This document shows, piece after piece, positions 27,600-32,000 of a stretch of 32,000 bases of DNA. The notes under the pieces were generated by a model. It saw only the letters and a list, made by a program, of their open reading frames with translations. It searched no databases and was not told the DNA's origin. A program made the translations under genes and the position numbers. Positions within the stretch are counted from its first letter, which is position 1, and each line of letters begins with the position of its first letter. The stretch comes from Flavobacteriaceae bacterium (lineage in GTDB: Bacteria; Bacteroidota; Bacteroidia; Flavobacteriales; Flavobacteriaceae), in the NCBI GenBank assembly GCA_965224465.1, contig OZ245049.1, positions 780,001 through 812,000 on the forward strand. The letters are read 5' to 3'.

Positions 27600-27771
27600 G
27601 TGACATATCATGTAGAAAACGTTGAGAATAGCGCATAAAAACGCGTATTCTAGTACTCCTTCCTGTTTATACTCGGTTGCTTAAAGTTTGCTTCTTTTTT
27701 ACGCTGGTGTCCTTATAGCAGTCCTTTTCATCAAGAGATTTGGCACTTATTAGAACTCTCTACTACTAAGA

Positions 27772-27976
27772 CCTACTACATTTCCAAGTGATGGTTTTAG
27801 AAATGGAATTATTTTTTGATATACCAATTAAATTTCCAAGTGACGTTTTAGAAATAGAATAATTTTTTATTCTAACTAGGCGGAAAACCTAAGGATAGCC
27901 GTAGCTATCGTTCTGTTTTTCAACAACGCTAGAACATAAACTATTTGTATCGGGCATTTTGGATTTTAATTGGTAT
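27772..27976 (+). repeat. Family-A intergenic repeat, copy 5 (with tandem duplication of the 5' hairpin module)
   Basis: Two consecutive 5' modules, at 27772-27820 and 27821-27868, each contain ...ATTTCCAAGTGA(T/C)G(G)TTTTAGAAAT(G/A)GAAT.... The central part and the 3' terminus TTTTGGATTTTAATTGGTAT follow. Confidence 0.9.
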
Positions 27977-28002
27977 CATTCAACATATTCTTAGCACTAG
28001 TA

Positions 28003-28058
28003 TAAAGCGCATAAAAAAGCCATCTATATTTAAATAGATGGCTTTTTTATGCGCTTTA
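28003..28058. terminator. Symmetric bidirectional terminator embedded in a 24-bp perfect inverted repeat
   Basis: TAAAGCGCATAAAAAAGCCATCTA-(8 nt)-TAGATGGCTTTTTTATGCGCTTTA. The inner hairpin GCCATCTA/TAGATGGC is followed by TTTTTT on both strands. It lies 18 nt beyond the stop of the SPFH gene. Confidence 0.8.
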
Positions 28059-28075
28059 AAAATAAAACTAATTTT

Positions 28076-28909
28076 TTAGTTATTTCCTAGGATCAGTGGC
28101 AACCCATCTTTTCCACCTCCAATAACAATTACTTTAGTATTGGGTGATTTTGCCATTTCTAAAGTAGCCTCAATCCCTTTATCCTGTAAAATCTTTTCTG
28201 TTAATGAGGCACTTAAAATCTTATTAGCATCTGCCTTTCCTTGTGCTTCAATTCGCTGACGATCTGCTTCTTTAGCCGCTTTTACTAAACGAAATTCATA
28301 TTCCAATGATTCTTGCTCTTGTTTTAATTTACGCTCAATTGCACCTTTAATACTAGGAGGCAACGTTACATCACGCACTAAAACTGCATTGATTTGAACA
28401 TGCTGTCTTCCTGCTGCTTTCTTTACTTCTGCAAAAATTTCATCCTGTATAACATCTCTTTTAGAAGAATACAATTGCTCTGGCGTGTAACGTCCCACAA
28501 TACTACGTGCCGCTGAACGCACCTCTGGAACAATAACAACATCTAGGTAATTTTCTCCTTTTGTTTTATGTAACAACCCTAATTCATCAAAATTTGGTTG
28601 GTATAAGATAGACACATCTAACTTAATTTCCAATCCATTAGAAGAAAGCACTTCCATATCCTGAATAAATTCGTTTTGTTGTCTCACATTGTAAATATCT
28701 ACTTTGTTCCAAGGTGCTATTATATGAAACCCTTCTTTCAATGCAGGTTCGTCTATAACAATCCCACCTCCAAAACGTTTCCATAATACACCTGCTTCTC
28801 CTCTATCTACTGTTACAAATGCATTTGATACTAAAATAACTCCTAAAATTATAATAAAAATAAAAGGAAATAATGCTTTTGGTAATTGTAATTGGCCGTT
28901 GTTGCTCAT
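28076..28909 (-). CDS. SPFH / band-7 (prohibitin-family) membrane protein
   Basis: N-terminal TM anchor, an SPFH core (FVTVDRGEAGVLWKRFGG..., VRDVTLPPSIKGAIE) and a coiled-coil tail. 277 aa. Confidence 0.85.
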   Translation of the reverse strand: MSNNGQLQLPKALFPFIFIIILGVILVSNAFVTVDRGEAGVLWKRFGGGIVIDEPALKEGFHIIAPWNKVDIYNVRQQNEFIQDMEVLSSNGLEIKLDVSILYQPNFDELGLLHKTKGENYLDVVIVPEVRSAARSIVGRYTPEQLYSSKRDVIQDEIFAEVKKAAGRQHVQINAVLVRDVTLPPSIKGAIERKLKQEQESLEYEFRLVKAAKEADRQRIEAQGKADANKILSASLTEKILQDKGIEATLEMAKSPNTKVIVIGGGKDGLPLILGNN

Positions 28910-29169
28910 CGTTTAAATATTGATTAATATACGTTGATAAAAATACAAATTAAAAGCTTGTTAACCATATAAAATCAATTTAAAATATAGTTTATTAGAA
29001 ACACTGGATTGCGAAACAAAACCCGTGTTAATTAGTAAACATTACGCCCGCTTATTATTCTTTGACTAATCCTGTATTTTTCACTGAGACACATCAGAAA
29101 ACTACTCATAACTAATTTGAGTTGAAACGCTATTGCAAAGCAATGATATAAATAAGGTTGACATTTATT

Positions 29170-29270
29170 AGTCAATAACCTCCTGGCAAACACACGAAGC
29201 ATGAAAAAGAAAAACACCTTAATCATTTCAATGCAAGTATCCGTGAATTAAACCCACTGATAGGATTAAA
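29170..29270 (+). repeat. Family-B intergenic repeat, copy 2
   Basis: About 80% identical to 14758-14857 in the same orientation. It lies directly downstream (minus-strand sense) of the katG terminator. Confidence 0.8.
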
Positions 29271-29310
29271 AAACAATAAGGAGGCACCCCTTTAAAAGCA
29301 ACCTCCTTAT
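29265..29310 (-). terminator. Rho-independent terminator of katG
   Basis: 9-bp stem ATAAGGAGG/CCTCCTTAT with a 17-nt loop. On the minus strand it is followed by TGTTTTTT. Confidence 0.7.
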
Positions 29311-29429
29311 TATTTCAATATTAAATCCTTGAATTATTATTTATAAAACCACTGTTTCAAAATAATAAAACAAAGCATGCTGCCGTAAGACGCTGTTCTA
29401 TTTTAAAGCAGATCCTCAGCAATATTACC

Positions 29430-31709
<2,280 letters not shown>

Positions 31710-31724
31710 TTAGTGAATATCTTA

Positions 31725-31732
31725 CAAATCTA
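31725..31732 (-). promoter_or_regulatory. Candidate -7 promoter box (TAGATTTG on minus strand) for katG
   Basis: Plus-strand CAAATCTA is the reverse complement of TAGATTTG. It lies 31 nt upstream of the katG ATG. Confidence 0.4.
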
Positions 31733-32000
31733 CATTCAAACCACAGATAAATCAAATTAGTAATTCTTATATTAATATTGATGAAATCTATAGTCACCTC
31801 TAAATAACACATATAATACAACCTCAAAAACAGCCCCTAATGACAGGTTAAACATTATAAAAAAAAGAAAATAGATCAAGACATATTGAAAGACGCTCTC
31901 ATTATTTCAACAAATCCGGCAGCTATAAAAACAGGAATTAATCAAGTAGAATTACGATTAGTACACGTCCAATAAACCTGACGAGAATAAGCTCCTATAA

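Noticed and set aside
29032-29226. 64-aa minus-strand ORF (MIKVFFFFMLRVF...) whose first residues recur in family-B copy 1.
   Set aside because: The homopolymer run differs by 1 nt between the two copies, so the frames diverge after about 7 codons. The copy-1 version terminates after about 17 codons. The composition is not protein-like.
31769-31778. Perfect 10-bp palindrome ATATTAATAT about 40 nt upstream of the katG -7 box, considered as a PerR/Fur-family box.
   Set aside because: It is pure A/T and short, so it is expected by chance in this base composition. It is not a clear 7-1-7 Fur-type match. Comparative footprinting would be needed.
31828-32000. Possible partial gene at the right edge of the window.
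   Set aside because: All six frames contain stops within this 173-nt stretch. The longest candidate is about 30 codons from a TTG and has no recognisable motif.

Overview
AT-rich segment (about one third G+C by eye) that reads as core chromosome of a Flavobacteriia/Bacteroidota bacterium. Supporting signs are an LpxC-FabZ fusion, a PorX-type receiver-PglZ regulator, TAnnTTTG-type -7 promoter boxes and no strong Shine-Dalgarno sites. I can support 28 protein genes, almost all housekeeping: lpxA(partial)-lpxC/fabZ-lpxD, a SAMHD1-like HD phosphohydrolase, porX-tsaE-ald, trmH-bcp, nth, an ECF-type sigma factor, uvrA, a CAT-like acetyltransferase with a HAD hydrolase, glyA, fahA, a lipoprotein plus PBP4-type peptidase pair, ytxJ, clpB, smpB-membrane protein-maf, a transketolase C-terminal subunit, an OMP beta-barrel, an SPFH protein and katG. 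I saw no rRNA, tRNA, CRISPR array, transposase, phage genes or recognisable defence island, and no convincing novel multi-gene system. What the gene list does not explain is noncoding. (1) A ~155-bp repeat with inverted termini and a conserved hairpin occurs in five full intergenic copies, in both orientations, plus degenerate fragments. That is about one copy per 6 kb, and some copies show modular rearrangement. (2) A second ~100-bp repeat occurs twice. (3) A 47-codon ORF missing from the ORF track sits between the sigma factor gene and a strong terminator. (4) There are several palindromes and operator-like repeats, and katG has a lipoprotein-type leader. All product calls come from recognising motifs in the supplied translations; no database search was possible.
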